Position numbers and translations under genes: made by a program | Shown: positions 37,030-46,368 of the stretch, piece by piece | How the letters are laid out: every line of letters starts with the position of its first letter | Position numbering within the stretch: position 1 is the stretch's first letter | Notes under the pieces: model-generated | Databases searched by the model: none | Seen by the model: only the letters and a program-made list of their open reading frames with translations | What the model was told of the DNA's origin: nothing | Source: Candidatus Kapaibacterium sp. | GTDB lineage: Bacteria > Bacteroidota > Ignavibacteria > Palsa-1295 | Length of the DNA stretch: 64,000 nt | Direction of reading: 5' to 3' | NCBI GenBank assembly: GCA_038210275.1 | Contig: JBBQWV010000011.1 | Location: 6,393 to 70,392, forward strand

Positions 37030-37095
37030 GGGGGGAGGTAAGGAATTTTGAGTTTTGAATTTTGAGTTATGAGTTAAGAATTCAAAACTATCTCC
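37030..37095. repeat. Family A hairpin element (A2)
   Basis: GGGGGGAGG...TTTTGAGTTTTGAATTTTGAGTTATGAGTTAAGAATTCAAAACT...CTCC, abutting the stop of gene 37096. Confidence 0.7.
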
Positions 37096-39066
37096 TTAAA
37101 ACGCCATATCGCATTGCACACCGACTGTCATCTTATGAAATAGGATACTTCCGAGAAATGGTGTGTAGATCGTCTCGGCGACTCGTGCCGAAAAAGTGAG
37201 GGCGCGAAGAGCATCATACGAGCATTGCGAATAATACCGATACCCATTACCGTAAAGTGCAATAAATGGCACACTACCCGGAAGATCAGCTTCGTTCGAA
37301 TAAAATCTGGAGGAATACGAATCCGTATTGAAAAACGCAATGCCGCTGGAAAAAGATACTTCGTGAATTGGCAAATAATATATACCAATTCCAAATAGAT
37401 AACCGCCTGTTGCTGTTCCATCAAGCAATGAATAGGTACGCTGTAATTCTGCACGAAGCGAAGCACTGATAGACTTCGATAGATCGGCATCAAGATCAAG
37501 CCGGAGAGATTTTTTTGAAAGGCTGTCTCCGGCAATTGAAAAAGCAGATCCTTTGCCATAACTTCTTCCTTGGAGTGTCAGCCAAATCGGAAATGATTGA
37601 AACGTATATGTACCGCCGAAGAGAATATCGGAATAATGTAGTATGCCTCTGGATAAATTCTGACTCTGCGAAAAATTTGCAGAGCCGAAAAGCGACAACA
37701 TTTTAGGAAGCAAAGTATATTTCGAACCAAGATACCAACCCCTTTCATTTTGTGCTGTGCCTGAATGAATGCCGAACGTACTGCCAAACGGAGAAATAAA
37801 ATTCGGCGGAAGATCGTGATAATTAAGTGAGAACTCCCAATCTTCTAAAGGATTACCCTCGATCGTTATTGCATAGGCGTTTTTCCTTCCGACATCGGAG
37901 ATCATTCGGGCAAATTCACCGCTCAAAGCAAGAAAAGAAAATGCCCCTCGTGTTTCGACAGAGACCATCGAATGATTCTGTCCGCTAAAACTCAACGAGT
38001 CTTTTCCGATAACCGGTTTATCGTAATTTAATCCGTAGCCAGTTGCTCCGATCTCAAGGAATGCATTTTCCAGATATGGAGTAATTGCAATATGCGCACC
38101 TGTAACACTGCTTTGCGCCTGATCTTTTCGTGCAAGTTCTGTTGTGGTTCTATGATAGCCTGTAGATGAAATTGAGGTGATGGTATTCGAATCAATTGTT
38201 GCATCAATCTGTCTCTCCGAAAAAAAACCGCTCAGAGAAAATATCCCTGATGTGATTTCCGATGCTGCACCGCGAAAGTAGCGATACGAACTTGATGAAA
38301 TATATGGCTGTATCCCGCTTGAATGCGACACCGGGTTAAGTATCACTTCTTTCCCGGAGCGTTGTGCGAATCCTTTTGAAAAAAGAAGTCCTTCACCAAA
38401 AGAAAGCGAATAATCACCGAGGACTAATTTTGATAATGAAACATCTTCAGTAATTGATAGTGGATGTATGATGGCAAAACATCCGGTCAGATGATCGAAG
38501 TATAATGGCTCTCCCGGATCCTTCGCTTCGACAAAAGAAAGCAGAATATCATCATTCTTCACGACAAGACGAGTCATAGTTTTAAGTGGCGAACCCTGAT
38601 AGGAGCCGTTTTGATAAGCAGTTAGGTTATGAGCAGCCGGATCAACCACTACTCTGGTGCGAAGAGAGATGTTCTTTTTTGCGACTGAGTTTTTTTTCTT
38701 TAAGAATATGCGAGTGCTATTAAGAATATCGCTATTCAAAGGACTGCCATCTTTTGGGTTCTTCAGGATGCGAAAAATATCCAGATCACTCAGCGTCGGT
38801 ACTTGCTGAAGATCTTTCCATGTTGCTAAACTTTGAAGAATCGGGCGTAAAGCAATACGCTCAATATCATCAGATATAAATTGCAGCTCATCACCAAAGT
38901 TGTCTTCTCCGATCAAAGAAAATATTTCATTGCTGATCTGACTTGCATCGTATAATTCGCGGATTGATCGTAAGCTATCATAAGGAGCGGTAAATGTCTG
39001 AGCAAAACTTTCTCCTTCGGAGAACATCATTACTGCAAGGACGATGATGAAGGCATACCTTACCAT
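37096..39066 (-). CDS. Large putative outer-membrane beta-barrel protein with an N-terminal helix-hairpin-helix-like segment
   Basis: 656 aa. Signal peptide ending SFAQ/T. The C-terminal roughly 450 aa is rich in G, S, Y and F in alternating strands and ends ...VQCDMAF. The HhH assignment is weak. Confidence 0.55.
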   Translation of the reverse strand: MVRYAFIIVLAVMMFSEGESFAQTFTAPYDSLRSIRELYDASQISNEIFSLIGEDNFGDELQFISDDIERIALRPILQSLATWKDLQQVPTLSDLDIFRILKNPKDGSPLNSDILNSTRIFLKKKNSVAKKNISLRTRVVVDPAAHNLTAYQNGSYQGSPLKTMTRLVVKNDDILLSFVEAKDPGEPLYFDHLTGCFAIIHPLSITEDVSLSKLVLGDYSLSFGEGLLFSKGFAQRSGKEVILNPVSHSSGIQPYISSSSYRYFRGAASEITSGIFSLSGFFSERQIDATIDSNTITSISSTGYHRTTTELARKDQAQSSVTGAHIAITPYLENAFLEIGATGYGLNYDKPVIGKDSLSFSGQNHSMVSVETRGAFSFLALSGEFARMISDVGRKNAYAITIEGNPLEDWEFSLNYHDLPPNFISPFGSTFGIHSGTAQNERGWYLGSKYTLLPKMLSLFGSANFSQSQNLSRGILHYSDILFGGTYTFQSFPIWLTLQGRSYGKGSAFSIAGDSLSKKSLRLDLDADLSKSISASLRAELQRTYSLLDGTATGGYLFGIGIYYLPIHEVSFSSGIAFFNTDSYSSRFYSNEADLPGSVPFIALYGNGYRYYSQCSYDALRALTFSARVAETIYTPFLGSILFHKMTVGVQCDMAF

Positions 39067-39929
39067 GCACCACTTGCACCGAATGAAAATATCGAGCCAA
39101 GGGCCTTATCAAATCGTGAACCAACATCGAACGATAAGCTTCCGTAATTAATACCGATGCCGGTCGTGATATTTCCGGTATCCGTTGATGTTCCAATTCG
39201 TAGAGCAATAAAAGCTGCGGGATCATATTCCGCGCCGAACGCAATTGAAAGTGATTGGACAGCATTCTCTTCAACAGAAGTGAGAAGCTTTATCGGAATT
39301 GTCAGTGGATGATATGCGACACCAAGAAGAAAACGCCGATCTAATTTTTCCGTCTCGCCATTTGTCACTTCATATTTGCTGCCTAAAAGATTCAGTGCAA
39401 CTCCGCCTAAGGAAAATTCCGGAGTCAGATCAAGAGTGAACCCTACGTCCAAGAATACAAAATGCAGCTTCGGATAATTTGGTGTTGTGCCGAGAGATTC
39501 ATATCGCAGACGAATACCCCCAGATGCATTACGGTTATTTGCCAGATCAAACGATTTCGCAAATACAAGACTCAATGCAAGATCGGAATAAATGTCGCCG
39601 TAAGAAAGATTGGTAACTCCAACAGAAAGAGACGACTTGATGAATGAAGAATAATATATACATTCGGCAGCGCTTTGGTTTGCATCTTTTAATCCGCCGA
39701 CAAAAGGCATATAAGCAACTGCAGCATGAAAAGGATAGAGTGAATCGGCACGGGTTTGCGAAGGATTGATCGCAAATGCTCCTGCAACTGAGAAACCGAT
39801 CACGGAATTCGCAAGCGATGAGGAAACAGGGGATTCCGGTAAAAGCGATTGAGAGTTACTCCTACGACTCGTAATGAGAAGGAGAAAACAAATGACGAAG
39901 AGTACAGTATTTCGCTGGGGAGCGCTCAC
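39060..39929 (-). CDS. Putative outer-membrane beta-barrel protein (PorV/PorQ/PorP-like size class)
   Basis: 289 aa, GTG start, signal peptide, alternating beta pattern, terminal ...FSFGASGAW. Overlaps the downstream 656 aa gene by 7 nt. Confidence 0.5.
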   Translation of the reverse strand: MSAPQRNTVLFVICFLLLITSRRSNSQSLLPESPVSSSLANSVIGFSVAGAFAINPSQTRADSLYPFHAAVAYMPFVGGLKDANQSAAECIYYSSFIKSSLSVGVTNLSYGDIYSDLALSLVFAKSFDLANNRNASGGIRLRYESLGTTPNYPKLHFVFLDVGFTLDLTPEFSLGGVALNLLGSKYEVTNGETEKLDRRFLLGVAYHPLTIPIKLLTSVEENAVQSLSIAFGAEYDPAAFIALRIGTSTDTGNITTGIGINYGSLSFDVGSRFDKALGSIFSFGASGAW

Positions 39930-39954
39930 CTCAAAGTCTGACTTTTATTTTTCT

Positions 39955-39986
39955 AATAAAAAAGGGCGGGCACAAGCCCGCCCTTT
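39955..39986 (-). terminator. Intrinsic terminator after the DUF1573-cytochrome c gene
   Basis: GC stem GGGCGGGC-ACAA-GCCCGCCC, followed on the minus strand by TTTTTT. Confidence 0.8.
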
Positions 39987-40008
39987 ATGTTTACTATGTT
40001 TGTAAATC

Positions 40009-40872
40009 TTACTTTACCATTGATCCTTGTGCTCCGCCGACAGAAGTTGAGGATTTCATCTGCTTCTCGCGCAGGTAGTTTTTCTTATATGCTCCGAGGT
40101 AATCAACGAGCGATGCGATCTCCTCTTCGTTGAGCGGTCCTTTATGCTTCAATCCGAATGCAGGCATATTAGAGTTATCAATACCTTCGGTGATGATATG
40201 CTTCCATGATTTGGCATCATGGCTCATCATTGCATCAGCAGTAAGGTCTGGTCCCGGTTTGTTATCAACCTTCGAGCCGTGGCAGATTGCGCAATCAGCT
40301 TCGTAGAGTTTCGCGCCAAGTTCGCCTTTGCCTTTTTCGACATGGCATGAAGCGCAGTTTCCTTGAAACACGCCGTCCAAATGCATCATCGTTCCGGTAT
40401 GGGCAAGCTTTGATTTATAGATGACTCCGTGAATGCGGAGCATCTTCTGCGGATCAACTTTGGAATTGGATACGACGTTGATCGTCTTTGTCATCTCGCC
40501 CTCAGCTTTATTATGCGGATCGAAGCGAATGAACAGATGTGATGTATCGTGCGGACCAATGCGCTTTTTTCCCGGAAATGAAGCAGTACATCCGCATGAT
40601 GGGTTCGCGGAAAATACTTCGAGCGTATCGGTGCCGTCGTTATAAATAATGAACGTCGTTTCCGCCATGGAGTTCTGCTCGATCTTCCCGAACTCATGGA
40701 TTTCTTCGTTGAAGCGGATGAGCGCGTTCTTTGGCTTTGCAGCCGTATCAGCCGGAAAGAAGAAGCCGGCAAAAATGGTGTGGTTATTGGTCGAACCTGT
40801 TCCGAAGCCAAGCGCACCGATAATGGCAAGCACAGCAAGTGCGGAGGCAAGAAGTATTCTGGAATTTTTCAT
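40009..40872 (-). CDS. DUF1573 domain fused to a dihaem c-type cytochrome
   Basis: 287 aa with an N-terminal membrane anchor. DUF1573 signature (FIIYNDGTDTLEVFSANPSCGCTAS) followed by two CXXCH motifs (CASCH, CAICH) and a cytochrome c-like tail. Confidence 0.75.
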   Translation of the reverse strand: MKNSRILLASALAVLAIIGALGFGTGSTNNHTIFAGFFFPADTAAKPKNALIRFNEEIHEFGKIEQNSMAETTFIIYNDGTDTLEVFSANPSCGCTASFPGKKRIGPHDTSHLFIRFDPHNKAEGEMTKTINVVSNSKVDPQKMLRIHGVIYKSKLAHTGTMMHLDGVFQGNCASCHVEKGKGELGAKLYEADCAICHGSKVDNKPGPDLTADAMMSHDAKSWKHIITEGIDNSNMPAFGLKHKGPLNEEEIASLVDYLGAYKKNYLREKQMKSSTSVGGAQGSMVK

Positions 40873-41029
40873 ACGTATGAGTCTCTAAATATGTAAAAAG
40901 TTGGCAATAGACAACAGCAAATAAATACAAGACGTTTCAGGGGGCAGTGGCTTATTGCTGGTGGATATGGCCTTGTGGCATTTTCCTATGCTACAAGGCA
41001 CTGACCACTACTCTATTACAACGATTTAA

Positions 41030-41087
41030 GGGGGGCAAAGTTACAGGGGTTTTGAATTTTGAGTGTTGAGTTATGAGTTAGGAATTC
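41030..41087. repeat. Family A hairpin element (A3)
   Basis: GGGGGGCAAAG...TTTTGAATTTTGAGTGTTGAGTTATGAGTTAGGAATTC. The central GAATTC overlaps the tsaB stop codon. Confidence 0.65.
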
Positions 41088-41742
41088 ATCCGCCGCGGCC
41101 GACAAAATTCGAAACTGCCGTTGCATTCGTCTTAAAATCCGTGCCATAAAATGGTTCTAAAGTACTGGTATTTGCTGCGTCGGCAGTTAATACCATTTCT
41201 GCCATAGTCTGCAATTTTATATTTACGATATGGTGGGGGATGGAGATGGCATCAAGTTCTGAAGTGCAGATCACTTCGGCAATTCCCATCTTGAGAAGAT
41301 CAGAGATCGGCAAATATTTTATTATATTCGGTTCATCGGAGTAAGACATATAGACGGAGTCTTTTTCGTAACCTGGATAGAGAATCGTGATTCGTGGTTC
41401 GTGATTCGTGGTTCGTGATTCGTAGGCTCTTAATAATACTTGGTGCGCAATGAGTGGAATGAGTTTTGCGCCGGAGCCGAAGGCAAGGCCTTTGGCAAAT
41501 GATAAGCCGATGCGAAGTCCCGTAAATGAACCGGGTCCGTTGATGAATACAATGCGGTTGATGTCTTTTCCTTTAGCATTAATATCTTTCAGTAATTGCT
41601 CAGTTGATTGTGCAAGAAGTGCATCGTGAATATGTCGCTCCGTCGGTGTTGCAAGATGATGGTATTCTGCAAGTGATTTCCCGTCATCGGAAAATAATCC
41701 GATGTGCAGATCAGCAAGTGAAGTATTAAATGCTAATATCAT
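41086..41742 (-). CDS. tsaB: tRNA t6A37 biosynthesis protein TsaB
   Basis: 218 aa with N-terminal ILAFNTS and the GPGSFTGLRIG motif. Confidence 0.9.
   Translation of the reverse strand: MILAFNTSLADLHIGLFSDDGKSLAEYHHLATPTERHIHDALLAQSTEQLLKDINAKGKDINRIVFINGPGSFTGLRIGLSFAKGLAFGSGAKLIPLIAHQVLLRAYESRTTNHEPRITILYPGYEKDSVYMSYSDEPNIIKYLPISDLLKMGIAEVICTSELDAISIPHHIVNIKLQTMAEMVLTADAANTSTLEPFYGTDFKTNATAVSNFVGRGG
41386..41423. repeat. 14 nt tandem repeat (about 2.7 copies) inside tsaB
   Basis: CGTGATTCGTGGTT CGTGATTCGTGGTT CGTGATTCGT. It encodes ..ESRTTNHEPRIT.. on the minus strand. Confidence 0.85.
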
Positions 41743-42185
41743 GCGTGATTGGAGATGGTGATCGTTCTTTCGTTCGGACTGAGAACATCAAACATGACTT
41801 CGATTCTCTTTTTCGGAAGAAATGCTTCGATACGTTCTGGCCATTCGATAATGGAGATTGCATTTTTAGGGTAGAGATATTCTTCGACACCAAGTTCGAT
41901 CAGCTCTTCGGGTTTTTCGAAACGGTAGCAATCAAGATGAAAGAGCTTTCTGGTATTGCCTGAAAGAGTAATATCGTATTCATTGACGAGTGCATACGTC
42001 GGTGATGATATCTCATCTTCACTGAGTCCGAAGAAATGTGCAATACCTTTCGTAAACTGTGTCTTGCCTGCTCCAAGTTCGCCGCGAAGTACAACGAGAG
42101 TATCTGTACGAAGTGAATCTTCAGCAAATCGTTTACCGGCAAGTACTGTCTCTTCAGCGCTTTGGGTAATTACTTCTTGATCCAT
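41739..42185 (-). CDS. tsaE: tRNA t6A37 biosynthesis ATPase TsaE
   Basis: 148 aa with Walker A GELGAGKTQFTKG. Overlaps tsaB by 4 nt. Confidence 0.9.
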   Translation of the reverse strand: MDQEVITQSAEETVLAGKRFAEDSLRTDTLVVLRGELGAGKTQFTKGIAHFFGLSEDEISSPTYALVNEYDITLSGNTRKLFHLDCYRFEKPEELIELGVEEYLYPKNAISIIEWPERIEAFLPKKRIEVMFDVLSPNERTITISNHA

Positions 42186-43489
42186 GAGGAGATGTCCGTG
42201 ATTACTTTTTCCGAAATATGTCCGGCTTTCTCGTAATCGGTTGGCTTACCATCACCCTGAATGAAGAGATGATAGAGTCCGGGATAAGAGATGAACTGTA
42301 CATTCTTTTTCGCAGCAAGTTCTTGTTTCCAAAGAGCAAAGTCTTTCATGTTGACTTGATAATCTTTTTCTCCTTGTAAAAAAAGTATTGGCATAGAAAG
42401 CGATTTTGCAACTTCAACCTGATCATAATCACGGATATCTTTCCAATAGACTCCGGAAAGACCAAGGAGCATATTACGCGAAGTATCAGTGAAGTTTCCG
42501 GTTTTAATTTGTGCAATGTGAGCAATAATATCATTCAGGATGGAATCCGCCTGTTTCTTCGGAACTTGCATCGGGACTAAATACTTCATTTGATCAAGGA
42601 TCACATCCTCGAACGGACGGGAGTTACCTGCCATACAGATTACACCTGCGACAAATGGAGTTTGCTTTGCAATACGTGGAGCAGCCATCGCACCAAGGCT
42701 ATGTCCGATGAGGAAGATTTTTTTTGGATCGGCTTCTTTTATTGTTTGCGCAAGACGTAATGCGCTGACAGCATCATCAACGGTTTCATCTTTCAAAGTG
42801 ATCAATTTTGGATCAGCAGCACTTTTTACACCATACGTGAATGTTCTTTTATCATATCTGATTGAGGCAATACCTTTGCTGGCAAGTCCCAACGCCAGAT
42901 CTTTGAAAGGCTTATTATCTTTGATCGTCTCGTCTCTATCGGATGGTCCGCTTCCATGAACGAGAACTACGATGGGGAAGTGATCGCCTTTTTTTGGTAA
43001 TGTTAAAAATCCGGACAACGTATAATTTCCGGTTTTTACTTCGATAGGTCGCTGAATTATTGCCGATGTATCGGCATAAGGCGGAAGAGTATATTTTACG
43101 ACGGGGACGAAGAAGTATCCTGCGATAAGAAGATTATTTTTGAAGACAACTTTCAGATCGCAAACAGCGCTGTCGAATTCGCAGGTAAGATAGACGCCAA
43201 CATACGGCTTCATCTCTTCGTATCTCGTTTTCGATTGCATTTTCAGAATGCCGAATTTCGCACGAATCTTTTTCCATCCGGCAGAATTTTGTTCCTCGCT
43301 TACTATTTTTTTCACGGAGGAATCAAGCATCAAATAGGCTTCGTGATACTTACCTGTTTCCATAGCGATAAAGAACTTCTGCGCAATAGGTACAACGATG
43401 CTCGCTTTCTGAGCCAATGCTGAGCATGACAGAGTGATTAGGAGAATGGGGATGAGAAGTCTTTTCATTTCGTGATTATTTTGTTTCAA
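42170..43489 (-). CDS. Secreted alpha/beta hydrolase
   Basis: 439 aa. Signal peptide ending ALAQ/K, an N-terminal DUF3887-like module, and the nucleophile elbow GHSLG. Confidence 0.8.
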   Translation of the reverse strand: MKQNNHEMKRLLIPILLITLSCSALAQKASIVVPIAQKFFIAMETGKYHEAYLMLDSSVKKIVSEEQNSAGWKKIRAKFGILKMQSKTRYEEMKPYVGVYLTCEFDSAVCDLKVVFKNNLLIAGYFFVPVVKYTLPPYADTSAIIQRPIEVKTGNYTLSGFLTLPKKGDHFPIVVLVHGSGPSDRDETIKDNKPFKDLALGLASKGIASIRYDKRTFTYGVKSAADPKLITLKDETVDDAVSALRLAQTIKEADPKKIFLIGHSLGAMAAPRIAKQTPFVAGVICMAGNSRPFEDVILDQMKYLVPMQVPKKQADSILNDIIAHIAQIKTGNFTDTSRNMLLGLSGVYWKDIRDYDQVEVAKSLSMPILFLQGEKDYQVNMKDFALWKQELAAKKNVQFISYPGLYHLFIQGDGKPTDYEKAGHISEKVITDISSWIKK

Positions 43490-45056
43490 GGGTGATAACC
43501 GGAAGTATTAATTCTTCCATAGAAATGCCGCCGTGCTGAAAAGTATCTTTATAATGATTGAGATATTTATGATACTCAGTAGGATAGACGAAATAATAAT
43601 CTTCTTTAGCAATGATATAATTTGTCGTTACCGCACGCGATGGAAGTTTATACTCCTCAGGTTTCTTGATGAACATCGCCTGCTTATCTTCGGATTTAAT
43701 ATTGCGTCCATATTTATAACGCAAACTGGTAGATGTCTCTTTATCGCCCATCACTTTCGCTCCTCGCAGACTTCGTATCGAGCCATGATCGGTGGTGATA
43801 ACGATTTTTAGATTCGGAATTCTCGCAATAGCCTGAAACATATCAAGCAAACTCGAATGCTGAAACCACGAACGAGTCAGCGATCTATAAGCGCTTTCAT
43901 CCGGTGCGATCTCTTTTAAGATCGGCGAATCACTTCTTGTATGAGCAAGCATATCAACGAAGTTCACAACGATGGCAGTAAATTGGTTGCGGGCATACGT
44001 TGTGATATTCTGTGCAATGCCTGCTCCGAAATCTCGGTCAATAATTTTTATATATTTAAGATCGGAGCGGAGTTTAATTTGCTTTCTATCCAAAAGCATT
44101 TTCAACATTAATGCTTCATCTTTATTTTGCGAATGCTCGTCATCACCGGAAGTCCAGGTATTAGGAAATGTCTTTCCAAACTCGGAGGGAAATTGTCCGC
44201 TGAAAATTGCATTGCGAGCATACGGTGTAGCTGATGGGATAATGCCAAAGTGATAATCGGTCGTGATCTTGAAGAGGTCTCTGATCTCACGCTCCATGAC
44301 GAGCCATTGATCGAGCCTCATGCAGTCGATCACAAAATAAATAACATTCTGCTTTCCTTCTTTCAATGTGGGAAGCACCCATTCTTCCGTCACATCAGGT
44401 GAAAGGGCAGGGCGGTTGGCAGCATTATCTTTTGTATAGATAGTATCGACCCAGCTTTTATAATTTCGCTCGAAGAATTTTCCGAACTCGGCATTCATCT
44501 CGCGTTTCTGATCAACAAGCGTTTGAGCCAAGCCTAAACCGCCATGCTCATCAAGCTCCATCTCCCAGCTGACAAGTTTTAAGTAGAGATCAATCCAGTC
44601 TTTAGCTGTTTCAGCATTTTGTAGGTTCAAAGCCATTCGAGCAAATTCCTGAGTGTAATCACGACTCACGGCTTCACTGAGAATTTGTTTGCCTTCTAAA
44701 AATTTCTTTACTGCAAGGAGGACTTGAGTCGGGTTAACAGGCTTGGTAAGATAATCCGATATTTTTTTACCGATCGCTTGCTCCATCAGATCTTCTTCTT
44801 CGGATTTGGTGACCATGACGATCGGCGTCGCCGGAGATTTAGATTTGATCGCGTTCAATGTTTCGAGTCCGCCAAGTCCCGGCATCATCTCATCTAAAAA
44901 GATAAGATCAGCAGGTGATTCGGCATGAAGCGCAATCGCATCCGAGCCGTTCGTTGCAGTTCGTACCGAATAGCCGCGCTGCTCCAGCAGCATAATATGC
45001 GGCTTTAAGAGTTCGATCTCATCATCAACCCAGAGAATATTTCCTTTTCCTGCCAT
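43476..45056 (-). CDS. porX: T9SS response regulator PorX (receiver plus PglZ/alkaline-phosphatase-like domain)
   Basis: 526 aa. N-terminal ILWVDDEIELLKPHIMLLEQRGYSV receiver domain and a C-terminal PglZ-type domain (VNFVDMLAH...TTDHGS). Size and architecture match PorX. Confidence 0.8.
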   Translation of the reverse strand: MAGKGNILWVDDEIELLKPHIMLLEQRGYSVRTATNGSDAIALHAESPADLIFLDEMMPGLGGLETLNAIKSKSPATPIVMVTKSEEEDLMEQAIGKKISDYLTKPVNPTQVLLAVKKFLEGKQILSEAVSRDYTQEFARMALNLQNAETAKDWIDLYLKLVSWEMELDEHGGLGLAQTLVDQKREMNAEFGKFFERNYKSWVDTIYTKDNAANRPALSPDVTEEWVLPTLKEGKQNVIYFVIDCMRLDQWLVMEREIRDLFKITTDYHFGIIPSATPYARNAIFSGQFPSEFGKTFPNTWTSGDDEHSQNKDEALMLKMLLDRKQIKLRSDLKYIKIIDRDFGAGIAQNITTYARNQFTAIVVNFVDMLAHTRSDSPILKEIAPDESAYRSLTRSWFQHSSLLDMFQAIARIPNLKIVITTDHGSIRSLRGAKVMGDKETSTSLRYKYGRNIKSEDKQAMFIKKPEEYKLPSRAVTTNYIIAKEDYYFVYPTEYHKYLNHYKDTFQHGGISMEELILPVITLETK

Positions 45057-45157
45057 GCGTTTTGATTGTAGTGGATTTCTTGAACAGTATTTCTCACCTG
45101 CAAATTCAACCCATGGTTGGAGCGATCATTAATTCTTTATTTGCGATGAGAGACTAT

Positions 45158-46132
45158 CTAAGAAGTTTTTGGATTACTGGACATGAATGACTCTTCGCCT
45201 TCATCAAGCCGTTCGAGTTTGGATTGGAGATAGGTGAATGCTTCGCGGGGCGAATCGCTGAAATGAATGAGATCAAGATCTTCATAATCTATCATCCCTT
45301 CTTCGGCTAAGAATTGAAAGTTCAAAATCTTATTCCAATACTCACTGCCATAGCAGATGATCGGCATTTTCTTTTTGATCTTCCCCGTCTGCACAAGGGT
45401 CAATATTTCTGCAAGTTCATCAATAGTCCCAAAGCCTCCCGGAAAAACAACAAGCGCTTTACCAAGATAGGAAAACCAAAACTTGCGCATGAAGAAATAA
45501 TGAAATTCGAAATTGAGTTCTTCAGTGATATAAGAATTCGGCATCTGCTCGTAAGGCAAAGCGATGTTGAAGCCGATCGATCTTCCGCCTGCAAGCGACG
45601 CGCCTTTATTCGCTGCTTCCATTATGCCGGGTCCGCCGCCGGAGCAGATTACGTATCGTTGTTTGAAACTTTGCGTTTTCACCGACTCGGCGCTGACAAA
45701 TGGGACTCGTTCAGTGGTAATACCTTTCTTTGCATTTGACTTTTCTTCATCCCGTGCAGCAACGTTAATGGACCATTCTGTCAGGAGTCTTGAAAGTTCG
45801 ACAGCATCTTCGTAATAGTGAGACATCCGCTCATGAGCCAACGCTCTTTTTCGCGCACCTTCAAGTTCACGCCCGACCTCTTCAGAATTTGAATGAGTAC
45901 GTTCAATAAGTGACCCGGTATTCTCTACTTGCAGTTTCAGAGCCGCAGCTTCTTCGTGACTTTTGATCCGTGCGCTTCCGAAGAACACGATCATATCTTT
46001 GATGCGCTCTCGGTTGAGCCTCGAACGAGGTTCCATATACTCGGACATGATCCGAAGCAACCTCGCTTCCGGACTCGTCAAAAATTTTTCGTTCAGATAC
46101 GCCTTCTCGGCGCGATGCTTTAGTGCTGACAT
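45158..46132 (-). CDS. LOG/TIGR00730-family nucleotide phosphoribohydrolase, long form
   Basis: 324 aa with GGGPGIMEA and the PGGFGTIDELAE motif. Confidence 0.85.
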   Translation of the reverse strand: MSALKHRAEKAYLNEKFLTSPEARLLRIMSEYMEPRSRLNRERIKDMIVFFGSARIKSHEEAAALKLQVENTGSLIERTHSNSEEVGRELEGARKRALAHERMSHYYEDAVELSRLLTEWSINVAARDEEKSNAKKGITTERVPFVSAESVKTQSFKQRYVICSGGGPGIMEAANKGASLAGGRSIGFNIALPYEQMPNSYITEELNFEFHYFFMRKFWFSYLGKALVVFPGGFGTIDELAEILTLVQTGKIKKKMPIICYGSEYWNKILNFQFLAEEGMIDYEDLDLIHFSDSPREAFTYLQSKLERLDEGEESFMSSNPKTS

Positions 46133-46137
46133 ATAAT

Positions 46138-46195
46138 AAATTTTGAGTTATGAATTGTGAGTTGTGAGTTAAGAATTCGAAAACTCAGAACTCTC
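46138..46195. repeat. Family A hairpin element (A4)
   Basis: AAATTTTGAGTTATGAATTGTGAGTTGTGAGTTAAGAATTCGAAAACTCAGAACTCTCC. Confidence 0.65.
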
Positions 46196-46290
46196 CGTGT
46201 CATAAGTACGCGGCGGCGGACTAATGACAAAACTAATAACAGCCTATATATTTAACGGAAAGCGGGTAAGGAATGATTCAAATGAAGCAA

Positions 46291-46324
46291 ATAAAAAACC
46301 CTGCCGAATTGGCAGGGTTTTATT
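46291..46324 (-). terminator. Intrinsic (bidirectional) terminator after the tail-fibre-like gene
   Basis: AAAAAACCCTGCC-GAATT-GGCAGGGTTTTATT, with T-runs available on both strands. Confidence 0.8.
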
Positions 46325-46368
46325 GAACGACGTTCCTCGGATTGAGAAATATTTTTATTGGGTAAAAA

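Noticed and set aside
40873-41029. Hairpin GCCTTGTGGCAT/ATGCTACAAGGC upstream of the cytochrome gene, as a possible riboswitch or sRNA.
   Set aside because: It is a single short stem with no recognisable conserved motif and no second copy in the window. The evidence is insufficient to call anything.
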